Source of the DNA: Alphaproteobacteria bacterium | Lineage (GTDB): Bacteria; Pseudomonadota; Alphaproteobacteria; SP197 | Direction: 5' to 3' | DNA length: 64,000 nucleotides | Assembly: GCA_964291415.2 (NCBI GenBank) | Contig: OZ219920.1 | Span: 480,001 to 544,000, forward strand | The notes under the pieces: generated by a model | What the model saw: only the letters and a program-made list of their open reading frames with translations | Told to the model about the DNA's origin: nothing | Databases searched by the model: none | Shown here: in pieces, positions 28,564 through 39,332 of the stretch | How the letters are laid out: the number at the start of each line of letters is the position of its first letter | Position numbering within the stretch: position 1 is the first letter of the stretch | Program-made: the position numbers and the translations under genes

Positions 28564-31539
28564 CTACAACCCGAGTCCGCGATCGACGCCCTTCGGCGTG
28601 CGTGCCTGCTCCATTTCGGGCACCGGGGTTCGCTCTTCCTCCCGGGGCGCCGGAGCACCGCCTTCAAGGCCAGCATTTCGGCCCGCCCCCAATCCGGCCT
28701 CGCGCCCCTTCGCACGCTCCGGTTCGACAGCTTCGAGCGCCGCGATGCGCTCGCCGGTGGCCGCTTCGAGCTGCTCCTTGAGCGCCGCCTTGTCGTCGGT
28801 GACGAGCTCGGCCCGGTCCCGCGCGCGGGAGATCTCGACGTAGAACGACTTCTGCGTGGTGAGGTGGGGGTGGTTGGCCTCCATCGCGGCGATCACGGTG
28901 TCCACCGTGCGGCCCTGGAACGCGTGCACGGTGGAGGCCCAGGCGCGGTCGACATGGCGGAGCTGCGGGTCCCCGGGGGCGAGGTCGAGCGTGCGCCCGT
29001 CCTCGAGGCGGAACGTCACCCTGCCGTCCCTGACCGCCGCGACCTCGGCGGTGCCGCTGTTGACGAGCCCAAGCCCGGCGTCGTTCCGGGTCCAGCGGAT
29101 CCGGTCGCCGGTGCGGAGCTCCATCTCCTCGCTGCGGTACACCTCGACGCCGCCGGCGCGGGCCGCGATCCGGTTGGGCTCCCAAGCAACGGAGCGCCCG
29201 TCCGTTCCCTCCAGATTCACCATTCGCGTCCGGCGGTCCACCCCGGCGACGCGCAGCTCGTCGCCCTTGTCGACCCCGAGACGCTTGTAGGGGCGGTGGA
29301 ACGCAACCGTGTCGCCGGGCCGGTAGTTGGCGGCGAGGGTCTTCTCGGCGTTGGTGTAGCCCCGCGAGACGAGGCGTTCGACTGTCGTGGCGGGGCCGTG
29401 CACCGCGCCGTCGCGCACCAGGCGTTCGCGGACGATGGCGTTGATGTTCTCGCGCAAGCCGTGGCTCGGGGCCATCAGCCCGGCGTTGGCCCGCTCCTCG
29501 GGCGAGAGCGCGAGCCAGCGCGCGGCGGCGGCGCCCGCGAGGTTGTCGGGCTTCACTTCGGCCACATTCTCCCCCAGCTTGTCGAATGCGCGTGCGACGT
29601 CGCCCGCGAGGCTCGCCTCGACGGCTTCCTTCAGCGCCGGGTCGCGCTGGCGCATGATCTCGTCCATTACGGCGGTCTTCATGCCGGCGGCCTGGAGTTG
29701 GGCGAAGGGCTTGCCGGCGTCCACGGCGTCGAGCTGCTTCGCGTCGCCCACCAGCACCACGCGGGGGATCCGGAGCGCGTCCGCGATGCGGAGCAGGTTC
29801 CGGGCCTGAACTGTGGAGGCGAGCGAGCCCTCGTCCACGACCAGCGCGGTCTTCGCGAACTGAGCCCGCATGTCCTTCTCGCCCTTCCTGGTCATGCGCC
29901 CTTCGGCGACCCCGGCGTAGCGGGCGAGGAAACGCTGGAGGGTTTCCGAGCCGATGCCGGCCTCGCCTTCGAGGGTGCGCGCGGCCGAGGCCGAGGGCGC
30001 GAGTCCCCGGACCTCATAGCCCTTCTTCTCCAGCAGCCCGCGGGCGCGCCGCAGCATGGTGGTCTTGCCCGAGCCGGCGTAGCCCTGGACGCCGACCGTG
30101 CGATCGTCCGACGACAGGATCAGCTTCACCGCCTCCTTCTGGCCGGCGGTCAGCGGGCCGCCCCAGAGCGCCTTGTCGACGGCGCGGGCGCGCATCGGCA
30201 CGGCACCCCGGCGCTCGCCCGCCCGCATCAGCGCGATGGTCTCGCGCTCGTCGGCGACGGCGCGGTCGGTGGTGAGCAGCCCCTCGGCGCCCGGCAGACG
30301 GGCGGCGTGCAACGTCCCGGCTTGCTCGCGGGCCGCCACCTCGCGTTCGATGTCCCCGATCCGCGCCGCGCCGGGGCCGTGGGCGAGCGCGGCGGCGAGC
30401 AGGTCGGTGCGGGCGAACACCGCCTCGCGCTCGGAAAGATGGGCGACGGCCCATTCCACGGCCTGCGCCGCCGGCGACCCGGCTGCTTCGTCCCGCGCTG
30501 TTGCGGAGTCCGCTTCCACGGCCGCGCCTGCGCCGGGCATGGCTCCGTTGCCCCCATCCGGCCCCGCTTCCCGTCCCCGGCCCGGCTCCGTCCCCGCGTC
30601 CCGGCCGGCCTCCCGCGATCTCGCTTCGCCGGCAAGCGCAGGGGCATCGAACCCGAGCGCGGCGGCCTGCCGCTCCCAGCTCTCCCTGAGCTCGTCACGG
30701 TCGACGTCGCGCTTGGCGGCGCGGGTCATCAGCGCCGCGCGCTGGGCGAGGCGCTGGTCGTCCGCGGTATCGCCGCCGCCGCGCTCGGCGACCGCCGCCT
30801 CGATCTCGGCGCGCCGGGTCGAGAAGGCTTCCACGACCTCGCGCGAGACGCCCGCGATCTCGAAGCGTCCGTCGGCATGGGTCTTCTCGATCCCGTATCC
30901 GAGCCGTGCGAGGCCGGCGGCGAGCTCGCTGCGGTAGAGCGCGCCCAGCAGCATCTTCGACCGGTACAGCTTCTCGTTGGCCATCGAGCGCCACTTGCCG
31001 TCCTCCCCCTGCACCATGTTGGCGATCACCGCGTGGGTGTGGAGCGCGGGATCGAGGTTGCGCGAGGTGTCGTGGCGGAAGGTGGCGATCACCGTCTTCT
31101 GGCCGCCGGTGCGGGCCATGCGCCCGGTCTCGGGGTCCTTCATCCGGGTCTCGGCGACGTTCCGCTCCAACCAGGAGAGCGTGCGCGCGACGGCCCGGTC
31201 GTGGGCGTCGACCACGCGGGCGTCGCCGCCTACGAGCGCCGCGAGCGACACGGACTTCGGGGCCGAGAGGGTGAGGTCGCGGCCGGGGCGGTGCGTGATT
31301 TCGCCGTCCTTGCCGCGGCGACCCAGGCGGGTGTCCGAGCCGTCCGGCACCTTGCCTTCGAGCACCGCGCGGAAGGCGCCGGGATCGACCGGCCCGGTCA
31401 GCCCGAGCTCGTCCGCCCCCCTGCCGGCCCAGGCGCTCGCCTCCCGGTGCTCCGGATCGTCCTTCGCGTAGTAGCCGTCGCGCTCGTAGTAGCTCGCACC
31501 CTGGGCCGGAGCGGCGACGGCCCCGATCGAGGCGACCAT
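28564..31539 (-). CDS. traI: MOB_F relaxase-helicase (TrwC/TraI)
   Basis: SYYERDGYY, DLTLSAPKSVS, HDTSRNLDPALHTH, QGYAGSGKT, VVDEGS, STVHAFQGRT. Confidence 0.96.
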   Translation of the reverse strand: MVASIGAVAAPAQGASYYERDGYYAKDDPEHREASAWAGRGADELGLTGPVDPGAFRAVLEGKVPDGSDTRLGRRGKDGEITHRPGRDLTLSAPKSVSLAALVGGDARVVDAHDRAVARTLSWLERNVAETRMKDPETGRMARTGGQKTVIATFRHDTSRNLDPALHTHAVIANMVQGEDGKWRSMANEKLYRSKMLLGALYRSELAAGLARLGYGIEKTHADGRFEIAGVSREVVEAFSTRRAEIEAAVAERGGGDTADDQRLAQRAALMTRAAKRDVDRDELRESWERQAAALGFDAPALAGEARSREAGRDAGTEPGRGREAGPDGGNGAMPGAGAAVEADSATARDEAAGSPAAQAVEWAVAHLSEREAVFARTDLLAAALAHGPGAARIGDIEREVAAREQAGTLHAARLPGAEGLLTTDRAVADERETIALMRAGERRGAVPMRARAVDKALWGGPLTAGQKEAVKLILSSDDRTVGVQGYAGSGKTTMLRRARGLLEKKGYEVRGLAPSASAARTLEGEAGIGSETLQRFLARYAGVAEGRMTRKGEKDMRAQFAKTALVVDEGSLASTVQARNLLRIADALRIPRVVLVGDAKQLDAVDAGKPFAQLQAAGMKTAVMDEIMRQRDPALKEAVEASLAGDVARAFDKLGENVAEVKPDNLAGAAAARWLALSPEERANAGLMAPSHGLRENINAIVRERLVRDGAVHGPATTVERLVSRGYTNAEKTLAANYRPGDTVAFHRPYKRLGVDKGDELRVAGVDRRTRMVNLEGTDGRSVAWEPNRIAARAGGVEVYRSEEMELRTGDRIRWTRNDAGLGLVNSGTAEVAAVRDGRVTFRLEDGRTLDLAPGDPQLRHVDRAWASTVHAFQGRTVDTVIAAMEANHPHLTTQKSFYVEISRARDRAELVTDDKAALKEQLEAATGERIAALEAVEPERAKGREAGLGAGRNAGLEGGAPAPREEERTPVPEMEQARTPKGVDRGLGL

Positions 31540-31540
31540 C

Positions 31541-33605
31541 TCAGATCGCTATCCCCGGCCCCGTGCCGGGGAGCCCGCCTTCTTTCGCCTCGCCGTCCCG
31601 ATCTTGCGGTCCGCCGTCCGCGGCCTCTCCGGCGTCCGCCGGGGCATCCTCCGCCTCGCCGGGCAGCGGCGCGGGCTCCGGCCCGTCCCCGGGCGGCGCG
31701 GAGTCCGGCGCGCCGTCCTTCGCCGGCGACGGGTCTACGGGCTCTGTATCCGCCTCCTCCGGCAGGGCGGGGAACGCGATATCCGCGTCGCCGCCGGGAT
31801 CGGCGACCGGCGCCGATGCGGCGACTTCGGCGTCGTCCGCACGACCGGGTGGCTCGGCCCGGTCCTCGCGCGGCACGAACCGCTCCGCCGCCTTCGGGCG
31901 GGAGACGTATTTCAGGCGGATCGAGGCGACCGGGAAGGGGCCGGGGAACTTGAGATAGCCCTCCAGGTTGGCGAGCCGCATGATCTCGGAGGGGAGCGCC
32001 AGCGCGCGCAGCTCGCGGCGCGGGGTCAGGCTCACCCCGTCGCGAATCGTGTTGGCGCCGTAGGAGAACCCCTCGGCGACCTCCTCGATCTCGCTCCGTC
32101 CGAGACTGTCGGCCGACCACTGAGCGGTGTCGCGGTCCGGCGCCGCCAGCACCACGCGCGTGCCGCAGAGCCCGGAGATCGTCTCGGCCCCGTTCCGCCC
32201 GTAGAGGTCGCGCAAGGCCGACGCCACCTGGACGCCGAGCACGAAGCAGCCGCCGAACTGGCGCGACTCGGCGAGGCCGGGCTGGAGCGAGGGCACCTGG
32301 TGCAGGGTGGGGAGCTCGTCGAGGATCACCCAGATGCGCCGGTCCGGTTCCTGCGCGAGCGAGAGCATGGCGTTCACCGCGATCTCCAGCCAGGTCGAGA
32401 TCAGACCGCGCAGGCTGGCGTGCTGGTCGCCGCGCGAGGTGAGGAACAGGAACCCGTCCCGGTCCTCGTCCGATATCCACTCGCGGATCGAGAACGGCTT
32501 GCCGGTATCGGGCAGGAACTCCAGCGCCGACAGGTTGGCGGTCAGCATGGCGCGCACGCTGAGCGCGGTCTTCGGGTTGTCGGGATCGACGATGGACTGC
32601 GCGACCGTGCCTTCCATCGCCTCGGCGAGCGCCGTCAGGTCCGTCTTCAGGAGATGGTCGACCAGGACCTTGTTGTCCTTCACCCCCTTCTGCCGGAGCA
32701 CCCCGGCGCCGTTGGAGAAGAGCTGGCGCGCGGCCGTGACCCAGAAGGGATCGACCGTGTCCTTCTGCTGGGGGATCAGCGCGGCCGCCATCATGTCGAA
32801 GTCGCGGGGATTGCGGGCTTCGAGGAAGGGCGACCAGCGCGGCGCGCGCGCATCCAGCGGGTTCATCAGCACGTCGCGGTCGCGATCGAAGAAGGACCGC
32901 GTGTAGCTCCCCATCTTGTCGTAGAGGACGCAGCGCTCGCCGCGCGCGCGGATCTGCGAGACGAGGTCGGAGATCAGCACCGTCTTGCCCGACCCGGTGG
33001 TGCCCGAGACGATGGTGTGCTGCGTCTCGGTGCGCTCCGGATACGGGATGCCGGCGATGGACCAGGGGCGGAGCCGCCTGCCGCCCGGAAGGATGCCGAG
33101 AAGCCGCTCATGGGGCGATTGCAGCCGGCGGCGGAGCTCTCCGGCCGCTGACCATCTCCGCGCCCCGGATGCGCTTCTGGCGGCCGAGCTGCGCGCCGCG
33201 ATACCAGAACACGACGAGGAAGAGCCCGATCAGCCCGGCGCCGGCCGCCGGCCCGAGCCCGGCGCTCGCGAACATCTCGTCCCTGATCCGCTCGCGTGCT
33301 TCGCGGGCCGGGACGGAGGCGGCGATGTCGCGGATGCGCAGCACCCGCCGCGTGCCGTCCTCGAAGCGGATCTCCTGGCCCGAGTCCGGGTCGTAGCCGA
33401 GGACGAGCTTGACCTCGGCGAGGCTGACCATCCCGGCGGCGTACCACTCGTCGCCCGTCGTGCGCTGCCACAGCGTCCAGGCCGGGACCGCCACGGTGGT
33501 GAAGGCGGCGAAGAACACGGCCGCGCGGAAGAGCTGGCCCCACATGCGCAGCCCGTGGAAGACGGTCTGGCCGCCCCGGAGCGTCGAGCCGCCGATGCCG
33601 CGCAT
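31541..33605 (-). CDS. traD: type IV coupling protein TraD (frameshift ~33140)
   Basis: RGGQTVFHGLRM N-terminus with TM segments, Walker A GTTGSGKT, NPLDAR, WVILDELP, ESRQFGG, acidic tail. Confidence 0.93.
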
Positions 33606-33736
33606 CACGCTCTCCCCGTTGTCGGGCAGGTCGCCGGCCGGAGGCGGAGGCCGGCGGAGGCGGGGTCGAGAGTGAACGGGACGGAGAGAGGTCCCGGGGA
33701 TTCCCTTTTCCGGTTTCGCCGGTATGCTCGGAGGAC

Positions 33737-34107
33737 ATGAACATGACACGAACATTCAACGACCGGGCCGGACCGCCGGCGCCGGCCGGCACGCCGCGGG
33801 TCACCCGGACCGAGCGCGCCGTCGTGCTCGGCGGCTTCGCCCTCGCGGCGCTCTGCACTGCCTGGTCCATCCTCGCCGGCGCCGGCATCGAGACGGTGGC
33901 CGCCGCGTGGCTCGCCGCCGGCGTCTGGGCCTTCCTGTCGTCGCTGGCGCTCGCGCTCCGGCGGGCCTGCGCGGCCGCGACTGGAGCGCCTTCCGCCGTG
34001 GCGATCTTTCCGACGGCACCGAGCTCATCGACTGGTCGACCGGGAGCGGGCGCTGGCTGGAGCTGGGCGTCGCCGAGGACCACGAGCGGCTGATGCGCGG
34101 CGACTGA
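33737..34107 (+). CDS. small two-TM membrane protein convergent with traG, candidate entry-exclusion factor (frameshift ~33965)
   Basis: GGAGG RBS; two hydrophobic segments followed by a polar tail (RDWSAFRR...EDHERLMRGD); same position as eex in SXT/R391. Confidence 0.55.
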
Positions 34108-34130
34108 GCCCGGAGAGTTCCGCCCCGGCC

Positions 34131-37054
34131 TCACGGCGAGGCGTCCCCCCAGCCCCGCTCGTCCGCCTTCGGCCGTTCCGCCGCGCCGCCGGGGGCGCCA
34201 TCCGGCACGGCGTTCTTCGCGGTGCCGAACAGCTTGCCGGCGAGCCAGTCGCCGACCACCGGCAGGTTCTCCGTGGCGTGGCGCTCGAAGGGCTTGTCCG
34301 CCTCGACGGCGACGCCGGCGCGGCCCTCCGCGGTATCCTGCCCGGTCACCGTCTGCCGCGCCTCGCGGGCCGTGCCCTTCATGATCTGCTCGGTCTTCGT
34401 CTCCGCGCGCTCGCCGAGGGCGGCGGCCTCGACCTCGCCCGGGATGGGCGCGCCCGCGGCGTAGGCCCGGTCGCGCACCCCTTCCGCCCACCCTCCGTAG
34501 GCGGCCGCGGTCTCACGACCGTAGGCGCCGCGCAGCTCGCCCGCCGCACCCTCGTACTCCGCCGCGCCGCCGACCGAGGCCGGGTCCGGCCCCGCCGGGG
34601 CGGGGAACTTCTCGGCCACGAACGCGGCGGCGTACTCCCGGAGCTGCTCGGCGTCTTCCGGGGTCTGGGGCGATGCGATGCGCATGGCGCCGGCGGCGCC
34701 GATCGCGCGCCCGTCCGTGCCCGGCTGCTCCGAGAGCCAGGCGAAGAAGGGCTGGCCGAGCTCGCGCTCGATCGCCTGCGCGTCCGAGCGCACCTGCGCC
34801 GCCTGCTCCGACCAGCTCTCGGACTCCTGGCGCGCCAGCGACGCCCGTTCCTGGAACGTCCGCATCCGGGTGAGGTTGGCCGACAGGCTCTCGTCGAGGC
34901 TCGCGAGCTCCGAATCCCCGGTCTGCGTGGAATACCGCCGGGAGGCTTCGGCGACCTGCGACCAGGTCTCGGTCACGCCGTGCTGGCGGTCGTATTCCTT
35001 CACGCGGTTCCAGGCTTCGGACTCGATGGTCTGGCCGCGCCACATCACCGAGCCGTTCGCCTTCGCCTTGACGATGAAGTCCCAGCCGCCGCCGACGCTC
35101 GCCTGTCCGGTCAGCACCGCGGCCTGGTTCCGGGAAATCCCGGCGATCTCCGACAGTTTCTCGACATGGGAGTCGAGCTGCTGCGCCTGGCTCGACTCGC
35201 TCTCGGTGACGCCGCGCGCGAAGGCTTCCCCGTCGACACGTCGTGCGAATAGCGCTCGATCAGCCCCGTCGCGTCGGTGACGGCGGCGTTGCGCGCCTGG
35301 CCCGCCTCCGCCGACCAATGGCGCGAGAGCGTGCTGGCCTCGGCCGCGCGGGTCTCGTAAGAGGTCGCGAGCGACTCCGAGAGCCGCACGCCGGCGGCCG
35401 GGATGCGGCTGGTGGCGGCGCCGGCATCGGCGACCACGGTGCCGTCTCCGGTCACGGTCATGGCCGCGCCGGCCGGCGCGTAGCCCGTGTAGCGGTCGGT
35501 ATCGACATGGGCCGAGGTGCGGATCTGGCGCCCCTCCAGGGTCGCGAAGCGGTGGGTGTCGTAGCCGGTGTTGGCGAGCGAGAGGTTGCCCGTCGTGCCC
35601 TCGTGCGCGGCCGAGCTTGCGGCGTCCTGGCCGACCGCGAGGACGGACGTGGCGAGCACGGTGGCCTTCGACAATCCGTAGGCCAGCGCCGCCGCCAGGA
35701 ACGGCACCGACATGGAGAGGTAGCCCGACATCACCGCGACGTCGGACGCCACCGCCCGGATCCCGGCCTGGGCCACCAGCGAGATGCCGATGTCGCCGCC
35801 CGGCATGAACGCCGCGGCCTGCATCCGCTCGGCCGCCTCGCCCATCGAGATGCGGTGCAGCACCGCGTAGAGCGGCCCCCAGGACTGGAGCCACACCAGC
35901 CCCGTCACGTAGGAGCGGAAGATCGCCGTGCCCGCCGGCGTCAGCATCAGCAGCACCGCCATCGGGAAGGCCCCGACATAGAGGCACTCGAACACGATCC
36001 GCAGCAGCGGCACCCAGGTCTCCGCCTGCCGGCCGATCGCCCGGTAGGCCGAGACGGTCTGCGCCTCGGCGCGGGCTTCCGTGTAGGCGCGCAACGCCGC
36101 CGCGTTGCCCGCTTCCGCCGCCCATTGCTCGCCGGCGTCGTGGACGGCGTTCAGCACCATCTGCTGGCGCATGATCTCGCCGGCCGTGCGCGAGGCCCCG
36201 ATGAGGAAGTCGTGCGCGGCCGGGAGCGCGGCCAGAAGCTCGGCGCGGGCCAGCGCGTCGGTCCGCGCGTCCGGGAATATCCGGCGCCCGAACACCGTGC
36301 CGGCGCGGGCCATTTCGGCGGCCCACTGGCCGTTGAGCCGTCCCGCCGCGTCCCGGCAGGTGACGATCTGCCGGTCGATCGGCGTCGCGCCCGTGCCGGT
36401 CGACGCCGCCTGCCTGCCGGGTCGAGAACTCGACCATGCGCGCGGGCGAGGCCCCGGCAGACGGCGAGCCCGAGGCGGTGACCAGCCGCCAGATATCCGT
36501 CGACTCCCGCAGATCGTCCGCCGAGATGTGCCCGAGCAGGAGCGCGTGGAAGACGCACTGGCGGGCGTAGTTGCGGACGTTGCGCGCGAACACGGCATCG
36601 GTGATTTCCAGGCGCGTCGCCTTGGCCGCGAGCCTGGCGCCGAAGATCAGCCCGTGGCGCTGGTACTGGAGGTCGTTCGGGCAGCGTGAACGCCTGCTCG
36701 GTGAGGCGCGTCAGCCCGTCACCCACCTGGCTGGTGAGCGAGGCGAACAGCGCGAGCCCGATCGGGACGTTGGCGACCACCGCCGGCGCCAGCGTCGGGT
36801 CGAGCCGGTCGACCACCCGCACGGTGGCCTTGGGCACGATCATCGCGCCCCAGACGGTGACGAACAGCAGGATCCACTTGGCGTTGTCCTTCCACGAGCC
36901 GCCGAAGGCGGTGCGGAAGAGCACCCAGGCGAGCCCGGCGACGCCGGCGAGCTGGGCCAGCGTGACATAGGCGCCGCCCGCCGGTGATCGCGGCGACGGC
37001 GTTCAGCAGATCGACGAGGTAGGTCCCGCCGCCGAGGGTGAAGAGCTCGTACAT
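34131..37054 (-). CDS. traG: TraG mating-pair stabilisation protein (about 4 frameshifts)
   Basis: MYELFTLGGG...LNAVAAI, VANVPIGLA, WLQSWGPLYAVLH, GYLSMSVPFLA. Confidence 0.92.
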
Positions 37055-37078
37055 ATGATAAGGTGTCACGCTCATGGC

Positions 37079-38515
37079 TCAGCGCGACCCGGCCCCGGCG
37101 CCGCCGCGCGCGAACGCCAATGCGGCGCGGAGATCGGCGCTGAGCGCGCCCGCCAGCTCGGTCTCGATCAGGCGCAGCTTCTCGACCACGGCGAGCGCCG
37201 TGTTGAGCCGTTGCAGGCCCTGGTGCCGGTGCCTTGCCAGCGCGACGCGGTTGGACCGGAGCCCCTCGCGCCAGCGCCGGAGCTGCTCGCCGTCGGCGAT
37301 GTCCAGCGTCCCGGCGCGCTCCTCGACCGTGCGGTGAAGATCGGTGATCCAGACCTGCATCACGTCGAGCGCCACGGCCTCGGCGAGCGCGTCCATCTCC
37401 TGGTCGATGACTGCGCCCCGGTACGCGGCGGCCGCGTTGGCGACCCGGTAGACCGGCAGCGTGGTGAGGTTCACGAGGCCGAGCGCCGGCGCGGGCGGCG
37501 CGGTATCCGCGCGCACCGCGTCCACGAGATCGCGCAGCAGCTCGGCGACCCGGGCGCGGAACCCCCGGTCGGCGGGGATGGTGACCGTGCCGAGGCTCGG
37601 GTTGAGGCAGAGGTTCGGCGTGTCGCAGCGGTAGACCGGCAGCGCGCCGCCGCCCTCCATCAGGGTCTCGGTGACACGGCGGTCCAGCGCCAGCGGCTCG
37701 AGAATCCGCACCCTGGGGCCGGACGTGTCCGCATCCGAGGTCGGCGCCGTCACGATCAGCGTGCCGGTCACCGCCATGGCGAACTCGGCGAGCTGCGTGT
37801 CGCCCGCGAGGAACGACGACGCCCGGATCGCCTTCCAGGCGTAGTTGACGTTGACCGGCACCTGGTCGGCCATGGCGCCCGAGGCCGACGCCAGGGTCGA
37901 GTTGCGCTGCCCGTCCGCGCCGCAGCCGTGCCTGGCCGCCGCGTAGTCCGAGAAGATGCCCTGCGAGGTGCCGATCGCGGCACAGATCGACGCGCTCGCC
38001 CGGTCGTTCTTCGACCAGACCGCGCCCACCAGCGCCTGCGCGGTCTCGCAGGAGTTCATGTTCTGGTTGTTGATCCACTGCGCCAATGCCCGGAGCTTGG
38101 CCATGGTCTCGGCGATCACCGGCGAGATGGTCTCCAGCGCCAGCTCGAAGGCGAAGCCGGCGGCGTTCTGCGCGACGGCCCGGCCGAAGGCGATGAGCTG
38201 GTCCGAGTTGATGAACGAGAAGGCGCCGGCGAAGGCGTCGATGCCGCCGCAGCCCGCCCGGAAGGAGGGCAGGCTCACCGTCGCGATCTGCTCCGAGCGC
38301 ACCGGCGAGCGCAGGTAGAGGTTGCCGAGCGTCCAGTGGCCGGACGCCTGGCCGTGGAACGCGGTCGGCCCGGTGGTGTTGACCGCCGCGCCCTGCCAGA
38401 AGCGGCCCATCTCCGAGAGCACGTCGGCGCGCGCGGGGGAGGCCGCGAGCAGGAGGGCGGCAAGCGCCGTGCCGAGGGCGAAGGACAGGGCGCCCTTCCT
38501 TGCATCAATAGTCAT
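37079..38515 (-). CDS. traH: TraH pilus assembly protein
   Basis: LPSFRAGCGGIDAFAGAFSFIN, AFELAL, NSCETAQ. Confidence 0.95.
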   Translation of the reverse strand: MTIDARKGALSFALGTALAALLLAASPARADVLSEMGRFWQGAAVNTTGPTAFHGQASGHWTLGNLYLRSPVRSEQIATVSLPSFRAGCGGIDAFAGAFSFINSDQLIAFGRAVAQNAAGFAFELALETISPVIAETMAKLRALAQWINNQNMNSCETAQALVGAVWSKNDRASASICAAIGTSQGIFSDYAAARHGCGADGQRNSTLASASGAMADQVPVNVNYAWKAIRASSFLAGDTQLAEFAMAVTGTLIVTAPTSDADTSGPRVRILEPLALDRRVTETLMEGGGALPVYRCDTPNLCLNPSLGTVTIPADRGFRARVAELLRDLVDAVRADTAPPAPALGLVNLTTLPVYRVANAAAAYRGAVIDQEMDALAEAVALDVMQVWITDLHRTVEERAGTLDIADGEQLRRWREGLRSNRVALARHRHQGLQRLNTALAVVEKLRLIETELAGALSADLRAALAFARGGAGAGSR

Positions 38516-39332
38516 TGCCGGGCTCCAGGGCGGTGAGGGCGAAGATGCGCTCGGCCATCTCGTCCTCGGCCATCACGCCGAAGCCGACCGGGACGATCCG
38601 CTTGGTGGCCGTGTCGAACAGCACGAGGGCGGGGACGGGGGAGTCGCGCAAGCCCAGCCGCGCGGCGCGCCCCTGGTCCGCCACCGCTTCCGGCCAGCCC
38701 TCCAGCGCCTCGCCGGTGAGCGAGACCGCGAGCACGTCGAGGCCGTGGCGCTGGGCGAACGCGCGCAGCAGCGGCCCGAACACCTTGCAGCCCGCGCAGC
38801 CGGCATGGCCGAGATAGATCAGCCCGTAGCGCTCGCCGAGCCGGGCGAGCGCGGCCGACCGGTCCTGCCGCCGCTGGTCGGACCAGACCCGCTTGGCGAG
38901 CGCGCCGACCGGACGGCGGAGCGTGTAGTCGAGCTCCGGCGTCGCCCACACCGTGCGCCGGAAGGCGTCGGAGAAGGCGGCGGCGCGTTGCAGCGTCTCC
39001 TGCTGGAGACGCAGATAGGCGGTGACGTTCGCAGGCGTCGGATCGAGGATCGCCTCGGCGCGGGCTTCCTCCAGCGCCCGGCGCATCGCCTCGATTTGCT
39101 CCGTCGCAGATCGGCTCGTTTGGCCCGAAGGCGGGGCCGGGGCGGGTTCGGCCCGTCGCGGCTCCTCCTCCTGGCGGTCGCAGTAGAAGTGCCAGCCGAG
39201 CGAGGCGCCGGCGCCTTCCTCGGCACACCAGGACCGCCATTCCCCGCCGGCCGCGGGCGCGCCCAGGACCGACCAGACCAGCGTCGCGGCAAGGGCCTGC
39301 TTGAGGATGCGAAGGGCGGCGCGCACCATCAT
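38505..39332 (-). CDS. traF: TraF thioredoxin-like pilus assembly protein
   Basis: GWHFYC, AILDPTPANV, PELDY, CAGC, PALVLFD. Confidence 0.92.
   Translation of the reverse strand: MMVRAALRILKQALAATLVWSVLGAPAAGGEWRSWCAEEGAGASLGWHFYCDRQEEEPRRAEPAPAPPSGQTSRSATEQIEAMRRALEEARAEAILDPTPANVTAYLRLQQETLQRAAAFSDAFRRTVWATPELDYTLRRPVGALAKRVWSDQRRQDRSAALARLGERYGLIYLGHAGCAGCKVFGPLLRAFAQRHGLDVLAVSLTGEALEGWPEAVADQGRAARLGLRDSPVPALVLFDTATKRIVPVGFGVMAEDEMAERIFALTALEPGNDY

Noticed and set aside
28492-31953. 1153-aa + strand ORF (likewise 56584-60636 +, 7810-10041 -, 16500-18731 -)
   Set aside because: Antisense shadows of real high-GC genes; Arg/Gly/Pro-rich with no motifs.
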